Shown here: positions 9,907 to 19,854 of the stretch, one piece after another
Layout: each line of letters begins with the position of its first letter
Position numbering within the stretch: the stretch's first letter is position 1
NCBI GenBank assembly: GCA_965214775.1
Contig: OZ243974.1
Location: 2,688,001 to 2,752,000 of the forward strand
DNA from: Nitrosopumilus sp.
GTDB lineage: Archaea > Thermoproteota > Nitrososphaeria > Nitrososphaerales > Nitrosopumilaceae
DNA: 64,000 bases
Reading direction: 5' to 3'
The notes under the pieces: model-generated
The model's input: only the letters and a program-made list of their open reading frames with translations
Database searches by the model: none
What the model was told of the DNA's origin: nothing
Program-made: the position numbers and the translations under genes

Positions 9907-11511
9907 CTATCTCCTTATCTGATCCTCCAAAAGCCAGATGGTCTCGCCTATGTACCCTATCGGCCAGTCCTTGGCAAACACGATGTCGTCTCCCTCAAGA
10001 AACCAGACGTCTTGATCGTTAAGTGATGACTGCCTGTCTTTCTTGCTGGATGTGCTTTGGTCATCACCCTTAAACCAGACGGTCTTACCGTCTAGGGCAT
10101 CCACGTATATCAGCACGCCGTGGCCGCTGTTACATGAGATCCCGTCCACATTCCAGAAAGGGGTGGATGCCACCTGCGTGAGGTAGACGTAGCGCGGCCT
10201 GTCCTCCTCGGATCTGTCCGGTACGTCGATGACGCACCTGTCCAGCATGAATTTGTCGGTACGGGCAAACTCCAGCGCCCTCTTTATGGCCTCGGTTCTG
10301 TTCAGGACGGGATCCGGTACGGGATAGTCAGACCATCCGTTAAAACGCATTACGGTGGAACCGGAGTCGAATTTGAAGTCTATCCTGCCCGTGCCGTTGT
10401 ATTCGGCCTTGTAATGAGTTGTGTGCGGTTCCAAGTACTCCCTGATGTGCTCCTTGTACTTTGGATAGTTGTTGATGATCTCCTCTGCGGTGGGGTACGT
10501 GTCCGCCAGTCTTTGTTTGGTTTCCATGTGTTCATCACTGTATTCTGAACTGACACGTCCTCTCGCCATATTTAGATGTGAAAGATATGATTCGATGGTT
10601 CCCATATGCGGCCCGTATGCATCCAGTATTCCTGTTAGGCTGTGCCTTACCTCGGAGGTCTTCCCGTTGATCAGCGTGTACACAAAGTGATCATGGCCAA
10701 ATTGGTGTTTGCATTCATCATGTGGGCAGTAAAAGCCCCAGCCCTCAAAGCCCATGGCATCCATAAACTCCGTAATAAACCCGACATAGTCATGCCTGAT
10801 TACCCTTACTGAGCCCTCATCCCACCCCTGGTGGTTTATAAAGTTGCCCCCATACATGTTGTCGGATTTGAACCAGCCAGAGCCGGTTCCATGGCGGAAG
10901 ATGTATGCCTTTGCGCCAGAGTCCTCGTCGGGCTCCTCGTACTCTGCAGGTACGTACGATCGCACCTCCGGGGTTCTGACTGTGACGGTATCCCTGACTA
11001 TTGAATGGCCGGTCAGGTGTTCTGCAAACTTGCTTACCAGCTCGTCAAGCTCCGCCTTTGTAGTTCCATCCCTCCAGTATCCGGTTCGGTCGGGGTTCAC
11101 CATGACCGTCACGTCGATGGGCTCGCCGCGAAAGAACGTGACAAAGTGGCGCGGAACCCTGCCGTCTTCTGCATCGTCTATGTTGTTGGCGGCATCATCT
11201 GGTGTGCGACCGTCCTCCCGCATGACGACTTTCTGCGGCCCGTCAGGCACTGCGCGTACGACCGGTTCGAGTCCCAGCCGGTCTGCCGTGGACGGGCTCA
11301 CGCATGCGGGCCTATCGCCGGGGCGGATCACCAGTACCTTGCCCTCGCCGCACCTGACCTGGTCGGGTGCCACCCCGGATCTCAGCTGCTCGGCAGGGGA
11401 TGCGGGTGCGGCATGTGCGTTTGGCGCGTCGGGGGCGACAGCTGCCACATACAGTGCAATAATGCATAGTCCAAGCAACATGCACGGAACGACGACGATA
11501 GTCGTCTTCAT
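9907..11511 (-). CDS. Secreted hypothetical protein with thaumarchaeal SP..Q..SG...C...PACV motif
   Basis: Signal peptide; SPAEQLRSGVAPDQVRCGEGKVLVIRPGDRPACVSPSTADRL; stop 5 bp before the giant ORF. Confidence 0.75.
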   Translation of the reverse strand: MKTTIVVVPCMLLGLCIIALYVAAVAPDAPNAHAAPASPAEQLRSGVAPDQVRCGEGKVLVIRPGDRPACVSPSTADRLGLEPVVRAVPDGPQKVVMREDGRTPDDAANNIDDAEDGRVPRHFVTFFRGEPIDVTVMVNPDRTGYWRDGTTKAELDELVSKFAEHLTGHSIVRDTVTVRTPEVRSYVPAEYEEPDEDSGAKAYIFRHGTGSGWFKSDNMYGGNFINHQGWDEGSVRVIRHDYVGFITEFMDAMGFEGWGFYCPHDECKHQFGHDHFVYTLINGKTSEVRHSLTGILDAYGPHMGTIESYLSHLNMARGRVSSEYSDEHMETKQRLADTYPTAEEIINNYPKYKEHIREYLEPHTTHYKAEYNGTGRIDFKFDSGSTVMRFNGWSDYPVPDPVLNRTEAIKRALEFARTDKFMLDRCVIDVPDRSEEDRPRYVYLTQVASTPFWNVDGISCNSGHGVLIYVDALDGKTVWFKGDDQSTSSKKDRQSSLNDQDVWFLEGDDIVFAKDWPIGYIGETIWLLEDQIRR

Positions 11512-12721
11512 GTTGTCATCGCCTCAGACTTCCTATGTAAAGTCAAAAGTGTAAGCGGTGCTATCGTGATACGAGTCATGCGTGGTATGTGTTCCTGTAT
11601 AATATAAGCATGTATTTTGCTATAGTTTGTTGATACAACATCAGGTCCTTTTTATACTGACAAGCCAACTTTTTTCCAAGAACCTTTTGATCATTTCGCA
11701 TCATCTGTTGTGACAGACTAGATACACTGTTACTGACACATCCTTTGTACATGCAAAACTGACTGACGCCGTGCATACAACATGGTGCGGACCCCAAAAA
11801 AGAAGGAACGATCTGCAATGCACACTTTTTTAGTTCGGAGGTCGAATCACAGATATGACCAAGAAAACAGGGAGTACACAGGACAAGATAGGGATAGTCA
11901 TGGAACACCTTAACACCAACATCGAAACGGCAGAGCTGTGCCGCCGCCACAACCTCTCCCCTATAGCAACGGTCATAAGTAATTGAGGGCCTTGACCGGC
12001 GATCTGTAAATGTACTTGTACATGCTAAGGTGGGCAAACGACACCGTCCTGTAGTACTCGGATATGGCATGCCGTAGCTCGCTGATTTTCCTGTACACTA
12101 TCCCCCTGAAAACAAAATGCTTGCCCAGGTTCCAGCACTCTTCCACGATATTGAGGTACGGCGATCCTTTCGGGATCATTATCAGTTTGACATAGGGATG
12201 ACCTGCCAGATATTTTGCGACATCAGTAGATCTGTGCACACTCCACCTGTCGCAAAAGACGGCAACCTTGCCAAACTTGGCGCGCAACGCCTCCAGACAT
12301 TCTATGAACTCCACCGACGTAAAAGATCCCGCAAGCGTCCTGAACAGCCTTCTGCCGTCTTCTGCGATGCTTCCAAACACGGCCACCTTTGTGTGATCCC
12401 CCGAATACGATGCCACGCTTCTGGTACCGACCGGACCCCACACGTATCTGTCATATGCGCCCTGCACAAAGAACGCCTCATCAGATGACACCAGCGTAAA
12501 ACCGTCGTTTTTCAGGCACGGAATACGCACGTTTTCAAGGTATCGCTGCCACGAGTATACCGAGTTTGGGGTGGCATGGTTGACATGTATGTTTTGCACC
12601 TTGCGGCGCGACAGGCCATGCTGGCGCATCATTCTCCGGACATGCTCTATGCTGTATTGTATCCCGGTGGCATCCCTTATGTCATCGCGTACCGTCATGA
12701 CATCGGCACTTTTGCATGCAG

Positions 12722-13880
12722 AGAGGTGATCCGAAATTAGAAATCGAGTGCCCCGTCCGCAGCCGTTCTGCTGCCGCCACTCAGGCCGCAGCAGCGATTC
12801 TGGCCAACGCCCTATCGTTGACCAGTCCGCACACGATACTGTTGGCAAGGTCGTACTTTTTGAGTGGGTTTCGGTACCGGTCGCCCATGATCCTGTATGT
12901 TTTGACCCTGCGTATGGTGTTCTCCACGTACACGCGTATCTTTGAGTGCGTGATATTGTACTCTTTTTCCGCATCAGTGAGCTTGCCGCCCGGTTTTTTC
13001 TTGATTGGGAGTATGACGTCCGTGCCTGCATCCACTGACTGTGCTCCCTGGTATCCGCGGTCCATGTAGTGACGCAGCTTTGTGCTCTTTTGTTGTTGTT
13101 GCGGCGCATCACCATCCCCGCCGCCGCCGGGACACTTTTTCTCTTTCTCTTTCTCCTTTCTTTGGTCGTACCGGAACGTGGGATGCCTCATCTGGTACAT
13201 TGTGATGTCGTTTACGCGTCCCGGAGAGTGGGGCGTCTTGTGCACTATGAGTCCGTGGATGTTGGTCGTATACTGAACCTTGACTGTGTGCGTGCCTGCC
13301 TTGCCTGAATAGTGCGATCTCTCCATGTCCTTTCTCTTGGGCCTGCATATCTTTTGCTCTGAGGCATCTGTCAGGCAGACAAGTTCTGGAAGTACGTCCA
13401 TTAGCTCCTCTACTGAGGATATTCTCTTGGTGCCCGAATAGATCTTTTCGGGGATCGACAGGCACTGCTTGAGAACCGGCGCAATCCTGTCAATTGTGCG
13501 CGAGACTGATGCCTGTCCTATTTCGAACATGGCAGATGCCACGTCCTGCGTGACGTACGTCCTGTAGTAGAACAGGGACAGCAGAAGACTCTCCTTTAGG
13601 TTCAGGGCAGTCGGGCGTCCTGCACCGATGTCACGCTTGCGGTCTTTTTTGGCAGAAAGCAGCCTCTTTCTGTCCATCTTTGGGTGTTTTTTTGCCACCT
13701 TTGCATACAACAAATCAAATTCGGGGGCAGTCATGCCGGCAAACATCCTGAATGTCCGGGGGTTTTTTGATAATTTATCAAACAACTTCATGAATTATGT
13801 ACATTTTGCCTGCATTTGGATCGGGTTGGTGTACAATATGTGCCCATTTGATCAAAATTTGCTAATTTCGAATCAACTCT
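12722..13880 (-). mobile_element. IS5-family (ISL2-like) autonomous element; parent of a MITE family
   Basis: TIRs agaggtgatccgaaattag / ctaatttcgaatcaactct; TSD CAG (12719-12721, 13881-13883); removing it restores the IS630 frame. Confidence 0.95.
12781..13791 (-). CDS. DDE_Tnp_4 transposase
   Basis: GAGRP, TDASEQ, YSGKAGTHTVK, MDRGYQG, RVYVENTIRRVK. Confidence 0.92.
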   Translation of the reverse strand: MKLFDKLSKNPRTFRMFAGMTAPEFDLLYAKVAKKHPKMDRKRLLSAKKDRKRDIGAGRPTALNLKESLLLSLFYYRTYVTQDVASAMFEIGQASVSRTIDRIAPVLKQCLSIPEKIYSGTKRISSVEELMDVLPELVCLTDASEQKICRPKRKDMERSHYSGKAGTHTVKVQYTTNIHGLIVHKTPHSPGRVNDITMYQMRHPTFRYDQRKEKEKEKKCPGGGGDGDAPQQQQKSTKLRHYMDRGYQGAQSVDAGTDVILPIKKKPGGKLTDAEKEYNITHSKIRVYVENTIRRVKTYRIMGDRYRNPLKKYDLANSIVCGLVNDRALARIAAAA

Positions 13881-13974
13881 CAGTGGACAGGTCCATTATG
13901 GCTGCAATACTCTCTCTGTCCACCTTTGGCCTGCATCCGGAACGTGGAAGATCCCGGAGACCGTCTATGCCGCC

Positions 13975-14094
13975 CTCCGAAAACCTCGCCGGCCGGCTGC
14001 GCACGGAATTCTCACTGCCTGATTGATGGGGGTAGGTGACCACATACGATCTCCGAAAACCTCGCCGGCCGGCTGCGCACGGAATTCTCACTGC
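13975..14094. repeat. 44-bp perfect direct duplication flanking a 32-bp insert
   Basis: Copies 13975-14018 and 14051-14094; insert ctgattgatgggggtaggtgaccacatacgat. Confidence 0.95.
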
Positions 14095-14420
14095 ACCGGA
14101 TCCTTCTTGCAGTCTCGGGTACGCCCATGTCGTCTTCTAGCACAAACATCAGCGCCATGATCTTCTTGTAGACTTTGACATCCTTTTCCTTGCGCATGGC
14201 CTCTGACAGGATATCTGTTTCTTTTGCCATACATACTGCGCCAGTTACGTGATCATTATACTTTTCGAATGACCTTGTTTTGGCTCAAAGACTTATGCTC
14301 GTTGCTATAGGACGTTTTACCAGTGGAGGGAGCGCTTTTTGCAGGCAGGACGCGTCTCACTGTCGGGCAGGGGCCACAAGTCAACAGAGGAGCGCCTCAA
14401 TAGAGTTGTTGCTAAAAAAA

Positions 14421-15434
14421 TCAGATTCTTGCACATATCTGGGACGTAAACTCAGACGTGGATTTCTTGCCGCCAATATCCCTGGTTTTTACGCCGGATT
14501 TGACCAAATCAAATATTGCAGACTCTAATTTTTCCCCAACTTTGACGCATCTTGCGTCATTGTGCTTTGCCCCAAGCCAGTCAAGCATCATTTTAATCGA
14601 CAGTAAAAGTGACGAGGGATTTGCAATGTTTTGTCCTGCAATGTCAAACGCGGCACCGTGAACCGGCTCAAAGAGCGCAAAATCATCGCCAATGTTGGCA
14701 GCCGGCGCCATTCCCAGCCCGCCAACCACCTGTGATGACTCGTCGGACAATATGTCGCCAAACAGGTTGGTGGTCACAACGACGTCAAACTCCTGTGGTT
14801 GCCTGATCAAGTTCATGGCGCACGCATCGACATACATTTGCTCAAATAAAATGTCAGGATAGTCGCCTGAAACCTTGGCACATGCCTTTGCAAACATTCC
14901 GTCTGTAACCCTCATTACGTTTGACTTGTGGACGCAGGTCACCTTTTTCTTGCCGTTTCTCGTTTTGGCCGCTTCAAATGCATGTCTTGCAATCCTTTTG
15001 GATGCCTGCTCTGAGATAATTCTCAAGGCAACTGAGGAATCGCCCAGACTGAACTCTTTTCCGGTGTAGAGATCCTCAGTGTTCTCACGGACAATCACCA
15101 TGTCAATATCCTCACGCAGTGCAGGCATGTGTGGATAGGACTTTGCAGGACGGATGTTTGCATACAAGTCAAGCATTCTTCTTAATACGACGATTACGTC
15201 GGCAGCCGACTCCCCGACAGGCGCCTTTATGCAGGCATCAGACTGTTTTATTGCCTCAACTGTCCCATCGGGCAGGGCTTTTCCGGTTTCAGATAACGCC
15301 TTGTCGCCTGCCGGCAGTTTTGTGACATCAAATTTCAAATCCAGCTTGTCATGGATGGCCTCCAGTACGGACACTGCAGAATCGGACAGCTCAGGGCCGA
15401 TCCCATCTCCGGTAATCAACGAAATTCGATACAT
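14421..15434 (-). CDS. leuB: 3-isopropylmalate dehydrogenase
   Basis: GDGIGPE, VRENTEDLY, NLFGDILSD, FEPVHGAAFDIAG; operon context. Confidence 0.9.
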   Translation of the reverse strand: MYRISLITGDGIGPELSDSAVSVLEAIHDKLDLKFDVTKLPAGDKALSETGKALPDGTVEAIKQSDACIKAPVGESAADVIVVLRRMLDLYANIRPAKSYPHMPALREDIDMVIVRENTEDLYTGKEFSLGDSSVALRIISEQASKRIARHAFEAAKTRNGKKKVTCVHKSNVMRVTDGMFAKACAKVSGDYPDILFEQMYVDACAMNLIRQPQEFDVVVTTNLFGDILSDESSQVVGGLGMAPAANIGDDFALFEPVHGAAFDIAGQNIANPSSLLLSIKMMLDWLGAKHNDARCVKVGEKLESAIFDLVKSGVKTRDIGGKKSTSEFTSQICARI

Positions 15435-15470
15435 TTACAACATCACTGAAACCAAAGGGGATTTTAGGAT

Positions 15471-16988
15471 TTAGCCTGCCCGTTTTTCCTGCAGCATCTT
15501 TTTGAGCATGATTCTGTTAATTGCATCAATGACTGCCTTGACTGACGTGGTAACAATGTCTTCGCCTACCGACTTTGCAGATACCTTGTTTCCCAATGGA
15601 TCCTCGACTTTTACGGTCACCTCGCACAAAGCGCTAGAACCGCCAGAAATTGAGGCCAGTCCGTAGTCCTTGATTCTGATTTCTGAAATCTTGCCAGTGA
15701 TCTTTTGTATTGCATTTAATGCCGCGTCAACCGGACCGACCCCGTAATCAGTCCCGATATGATCCTGCCCATCAACATTGAGTTTTACAAACGCATAGGG
15801 CATCGTTCCTATCCCAGTGGATACGGAAAATCCGGTCAGCTGCACGATGCGTTTAAGATCCTTCTCTCCCAAGACTTTGCTTGCCATCGACAGGAGCTCA
15901 ACGTCGGTTATCTGCTTGCCCTGGTCGCCTAACACCTTGACTTTTTCCAGGATTTGTTTTGCCTGCTCCTCAGTTGGCCTTACCCCGTACTCTTCAAGCA
16001 TTGCGTTCATTCCATGAACTCCTGCATGCTTTCCCACTTTGAGCCACCTCTTTCGCCCAACCAATTCGGGACTGATTGGCTCGTATGTCAAGGGATTGTT
16101 CAGCACGCCATGGGTGTGAATGCCCGACTCGTGGCCAAACGCGTTGGCACCAACAATGGCCTTGTTTGGCTGGACGATAATCCCCGCAGTCTTTGAGATG
16201 TATCTTGATACGTCGTAAATTAACTCGGATTTGATGTTGGTCTCGTATTTTTTCCCGTACGGCAGGCACTTGAGTGCCATGGACAGTTCTTCCAGGGACG
16301 CATTGCCTGCTCTTTCCCCTATTCCGTTAATCGTAACATGTGCACAAGCTGCCCCGGCATGGATGCCGGCCAATGCATTGGCCACTGCCAATCCAAAGTC
16401 ATTGTGACAGTGAACGCTTACAGGCAAGTTTGTAGCCTCAATGGCATCTTTGGTAATTCCTGCCATGTGTTCAGGTGTGGAATACCCCACAGTATCAGGA
16501 ATGTTTACCCTGTCGGCTCCTGCCTTTGCGACCCTGCCAAAAACTTTTTTCAGGAATTCCCTGTCAGTCCTTGATGCGTCTTCGGCTGAAAACTCCACCT
16601 GCAAACCATGAGACTTGCCGTACTCTACTGCCTCGACTGCCTTTTCTAATGCCTGCTCGCGAGTCATCTGGAGTTTGTACTCCAAGTGAATGTCAGATGT
16701 TGCAATAAAGGTGTGAATGTATTCCAATCCTGCATCAATGGCCGCATCGATGTCCTTTTTGGTGGTCCTGGTCAATCCGCAGACCTCCGAGGCCAGTCCG
16801 GCCGATGTGATCATCCTTACTGCCTGCAACTCGCCTTCTGAAATCACCGGAAATCCGGCCTCAATTGCGTCAACTCCCAGTCCGTCTAATTTTTTTGCAA
16901 TAGCCAGTTTTTGATCAGGGGACAATGAGACGCCAAGCGTCTGTTCCCCGTCCCTTAGCGTCGTATCAAAAATTCTAACTCTTGGCAT
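15471..16988 (-). CDS. leuA: 2-isopropylmalate synthase
   Basis: DTTLRDGEQ, HCHNDFG, GIGERAGNA, HESGIH, C-terminal regulatory domain. Confidence 0.9.
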   Translation of the reverse strand: MPRVRIFDTTLRDGEQTLGVSLSPDQKLAIAKKLDGLGVDAIEAGFPVISEGELQAVRMITSAGLASEVCGLTRTTKKDIDAAIDAGLEYIHTFIATSDIHLEYKLQMTREQALEKAVEAVEYGKSHGLQVEFSAEDASRTDREFLKKVFGRVAKAGADRVNIPDTVGYSTPEHMAGITKDAIEATNLPVSVHCHNDFGLAVANALAGIHAGAACAHVTINGIGERAGNASLEELSMALKCLPYGKKYETNIKSELIYDVSRYISKTAGIIVQPNKAIVGANAFGHESGIHTHGVLNNPLTYEPISPELVGRKRWLKVGKHAGVHGMNAMLEEYGVRPTEEQAKQILEKVKVLGDQGKQITDVELLSMASKVLGEKDLKRIVQLTGFSVSTGIGTMPYAFVKLNVDGQDHIGTDYGVGPVDAALNAIQKITGKISEIRIKDYGLASISGGSSALCEVTVKVEDPLGNKVSAKSVGEDIVTTSVKAVIDAINRIMLKKMLQEKRAG

Positions 16989-17471
16989 TTAGGCCCCGCT
17001 CCTTTGCAAGGCTGCAACGCCGGTTCGGGCAACATCCAAGATTCCAAACGGCTTTGCCAGTTCCTCAAATGCCTTGATTTGATCAGGGGTGGCAGTCAAC
17101 TCCACCATGATAGAGTCCTTTTTGACATCATGGACCTTGCCCCCGTACGCGTTTGCCAATTCGTTGATCTTCATACTGTCATTAGCATTACTGAGTTTTA
17201 TCTTAAAAATACTCAGTTCCCGAAATACAGTCTTGTGCTCGTCTAGTTGCTGCACATCAAGGGTGTCAATCATTTTGTCTAGCTGCTTGACTATCTGCTC
17301 TACATGGTGCTCATCACCGTATGTAGTTATGGTCATTCTGGAGTAGGCAGGATTCTCCGTCACCCCAACTGAGATGCTGTCAATGTTAAAGTTTCTTGAA
17401 CGAAACAGGTGGGTCACCTTAAACAGGATGCCGGGCTTGTTTTCAACCAGTATGGAAAGTATTGACCACAT
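16989..17471 (-). CDS. ilvH: Acetolactate synthase small subunit
   Basis: VENKPGIL, RNFNIDSISVG, VARTG. Confidence 0.92.
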   Translation of the reverse strand: MWSILSILVENKPGILFKVTHLFRSRNFNIDSISVGVTENPAYSRMTITTYGDEHHVEQIVKQLDKMIDTLDVQQLDEHKTVFRELSIFKIKLSNANDSMKINELANAYGGKVHDVKKDSIMVELTATPDQIKAFEELAKPFGILDVARTGVAALQRSGA

Positions 17472-17489
17472 TATTTTTTTCTCCTCCTC

Positions 17490-19199
17490 CTAAGATGGCA
17501 GGATCATGTCTGACAACGATGTCCCAGGAGCTACGAATGGCAATACGTCTTCTTCAGGATCAATTGGAATGTCAATTACGGTTGCAACGTCGCTGCCCAA
17601 CGCATCCTTGATTGCTTTGTCCAGCTCGTCCATTGATTGCGCCCTGATTCCTTGTGCGCCGTAGGATTGTGCAAGCTTGACATAGTCAGGACACTTTCCT
17701 TGGTCCACCCCTATCATCCTTCTATCATAGAATGTCCTTTGCCATTGAGCTACCATTCCCAATGTGAAATTGTTTAACAGAAATACGATGACCGGAATGT
17801 CTTCCAAGACGGCAGTCGCCAAAGAGTTTTCAGTCATGCTGAAGCTGCCATCACCTGCAATGTCAACTACCGGGACATCAGGACGCGCCACTTTGGCACC
17901 GATTGCAGCCGGAAATCCCCAACCCATCGTGCCCAACCCAGTGGAGCTAAAGAAGGTACCGGGTTGAATTACATCATAGAACAGTGACGCCCACATTTGG
18001 TGCTGTCCTACTTCGGTCGTAATTACGGATTCTTTTGGCAAGAGTTCCCGCAGTTTTCTTAAAATTTTGGCCGCGCCCATCTCGCCTGGATGAAGTTTCA
18101 AGTTTTCCTTCCAGTATGCCTTGGTTTCCTTGACATGCCGTATCCACGGAGTCTCTTCGGTCCTCTTTACTTCTTTTTGCAAGAGCAGTTTTACCATAAT
18201 ACGCAGTGATGCACGAACGTCTCCCACTACTGCCACCTGTGTAGTCTGATTCTTTCCAATTTCAGCCGGATCCACATCCATGTGTATGATCTTCAGTCGC
18301 CTCTCAAACTCCTCAAAGGTTCCCACGGAACGGTCTGAAAATCTTGTGCCTATTGCCAGTACGCAGTCGGCTTCAGTCATAATCCTGTTGGCCTCTGCAT
18401 GCCCGTGCATTCCGATTGGTCCTAACGACAAAGGATGGGTTTCAGGAAATCCCCCTTTCCCCTTGAAGGTAGTCACAACTGGCAGCATCAAGGTTTCAGC
18501 TACTGCCTGCAGTTCTGCAAACGCAGAAGAGATGATTGTGCCGCCACCTGCCAGGATGACCGGTTTTTCTGCATGCAACAGCATCTCTATTGCCTTTTGA
18601 ACTGCAACAACGTCGGGATCAGCCCATGGATGATATCCGGGAATTCTAAACTCCTCGGGAAATTCCATTTCAGCTTCGTTGATCTGCACATCCTTTGGTA
18701 TGTCAATCAGTACGGGGCCTGGCCGTCCGGTTTCAGCGATGTAGAATCCTTTTTTTACTGCATCAGGGACTTCGGCTGCGGTTCTGGGCTGATACGCATA
18801 TTTGATTGCAGGATTTGCCATTCCAAGAATGTCACTTTCCTGAAACGCATCGCGTCCAATCATGTCTACTGGCACCTGTCCTGTTACTGCCACCATTGGT
18901 GCAGAGTCTGCCTGTGCTGTTGCAAGACCCGTCAGGATGTTAGTGGCCCCCGGTCCCGATGTTGCAAAACATACGCCGGGTTTTCTTGAGACTCTGCCAA
19001 AGCCGTCGGCCATATGGGCAGCCGACTGCTCATGCCTTACCAGGATGTGTCTAATGTCACATCTTGCAAACTCGTCATACATTGGAAGATTTGCGCCTCC
19101 CGGCAAGCCGAACACCTGCTTGACGCCTTCTTGTTCCATGGCAGTCATCAAGGCTTTTGCGCCAGACATGGTCTCGAGTTTTTTATTCATCTTGTTCAT
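17490..19199 (-). CDS. ilvB: Acetolactate synthase large subunit
   Basis: RHEQ, TSGPGATN, GRPGPVLIDIPKD, GDGSF; SD-like GGAGAGG upstream. Confidence 0.95.
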   Translation of the reverse strand: MNKMNKKLETMSGAKALMTAMEQEGVKQVFGLPGGANLPMYDEFARCDIRHILVRHEQSAAHMADGFGRVSRKPGVCFATSGPGATNILTGLATAQADSAPMVAVTGQVPVDMIGRDAFQESDILGMANPAIKYAYQPRTAAEVPDAVKKGFYIAETGRPGPVLIDIPKDVQINEAEMEFPEEFRIPGYHPWADPDVVAVQKAIEMLLHAEKPVILAGGGTIISSAFAELQAVAETLMLPVVTTFKGKGGFPETHPLSLGPIGMHGHAEANRIMTEADCVLAIGTRFSDRSVGTFEEFERRLKIIHMDVDPAEIGKNQTTQVAVVGDVRASLRIMVKLLLQKEVKRTEETPWIRHVKETKAYWKENLKLHPGEMGAAKILRKLRELLPKESVITTEVGQHQMWASLFYDVIQPGTFFSSTGLGTMGWGFPAAIGAKVARPDVPVVDIAGDGSFSMTENSLATAVLEDIPVIVFLLNNFTLGMVAQWQRTFYDRRMIGVDQGKCPDYVKLAQSYGAQGIRAQSMDELDKAIKDALGSDVATVIDIPIDPEEDVLPFVAPGTSLSDMILPS

Positions 19200-19248
19200 C
19201 AATTTGATTCCTCTCCATAATTTTAATGTCTAAATTTTAGGATGTACC

Positions 19249-19314
19249 TTACAGCAGTACTGGCGGCAAAACCGGCAAATAGTGGCCAATGCTTTTGTTA
19301 ATTCTTCGATTCAT
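19249..19314 (-). promoter_or_regulatory. Putative branched-chain amino acid leader peptide MNRRINKSIGHYLPVLPPVLL
   Basis: 21-aa uORF between TATA (TTATAT 19349-19344) and ilvB; 6 of the last 9 codons are Leu/Val. Confidence 0.55.
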
Positions 19315-19434
19315 TAAAGTCACAAAGTTCACTAGGATCTGAGATATAAGGATTTTCAGAAAAATCAACGTCATGGCAGGCTCAAACACACAGAAGACTT
19401 AAACGAATAATTTCCATATTGCAAATGAATTGTT

Positions 19435-19854
19435 TTGTCAGACAATGAGGACATTATCAACGTAATTGAAACGCTCTTTGAGGCAGGAATCTCAAAGGAT
19501 CTAGCCAAGCTCAAGGAGATTCATCTTGATGATCCTAAATTTTCTAGCTTTAGTGACTTGCCACCATATGACCTCAAGGACTGCAAGACGACAATAGAGC
19601 TCGAAGAGTTGCGCTTTGTGAGCATTTCAGACTATTCCTATGAGATTAAGAATCCAAAGATCAGTGTCTTTGGGGATACTGCAGTGGTTGCAATGGAGCT
19701 AGTCCAGAAAGGAATGCTGGTGGACAACAAGGCATTCACCGGGGAACATATGACGATTAATGGCAGGGCAACGTTTGTGCTGGTAAGAAGACGGCCAACA
19801 TGGAAGATTGCCCACATTCATATGTCAAAAATGGAACGCCTGGATGTGTCCTAA
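19435..19854 (+). CDS. SnoaL/NTF2-like protein
   Basis: GDTAVV...GRATFVLVRR..WKIAHIHMS pattern. Confidence 0.8.
   Translation: MSDNEDIINVIETLFEAGISKDLAKLKEIHLDDPKFSSFSDLPPYDLKDCKTTIELEELRFVSISDYSYEIKNPKISVFGDTAVVAMELVQKGMLVDNKAFTGEHMTINGRATFVLVRRRPTWKIAHIHMSKMERLDVS

Larger units (their letters stand above)
11964..14307 (-). mobile_element. IS630-family element, disrupted by an IS5 insertion and a 76-bp duplication/insert
   Basis: TA|TAGCAACG...CGTTGCTA|TA; frame MAKETD...DLPRSGCRPK...DLSTACKSAD...SSDEA...DRWSVH...SPYLNIVEECW. Confidence 0.9.
11783..14400 (+). pseudogene. IS3-family orfA remnant split by IS630 (11855-11963 joined to 14310-14400)
   Basis: Removing the IS630 gives MTKKTGSTQDKIGIVMEHLNTNIETAELCRRHNLSPRTFYQWRERFLQAG; TG end at 11783; related remnant at about 43630-43790. 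Confidence 0.75.

Noticed and set aside
11973-13115. 380-aa ORF as one protein
   Set aside because: Chimera of an off-frame IS5 segment and the IS630 catalytic half
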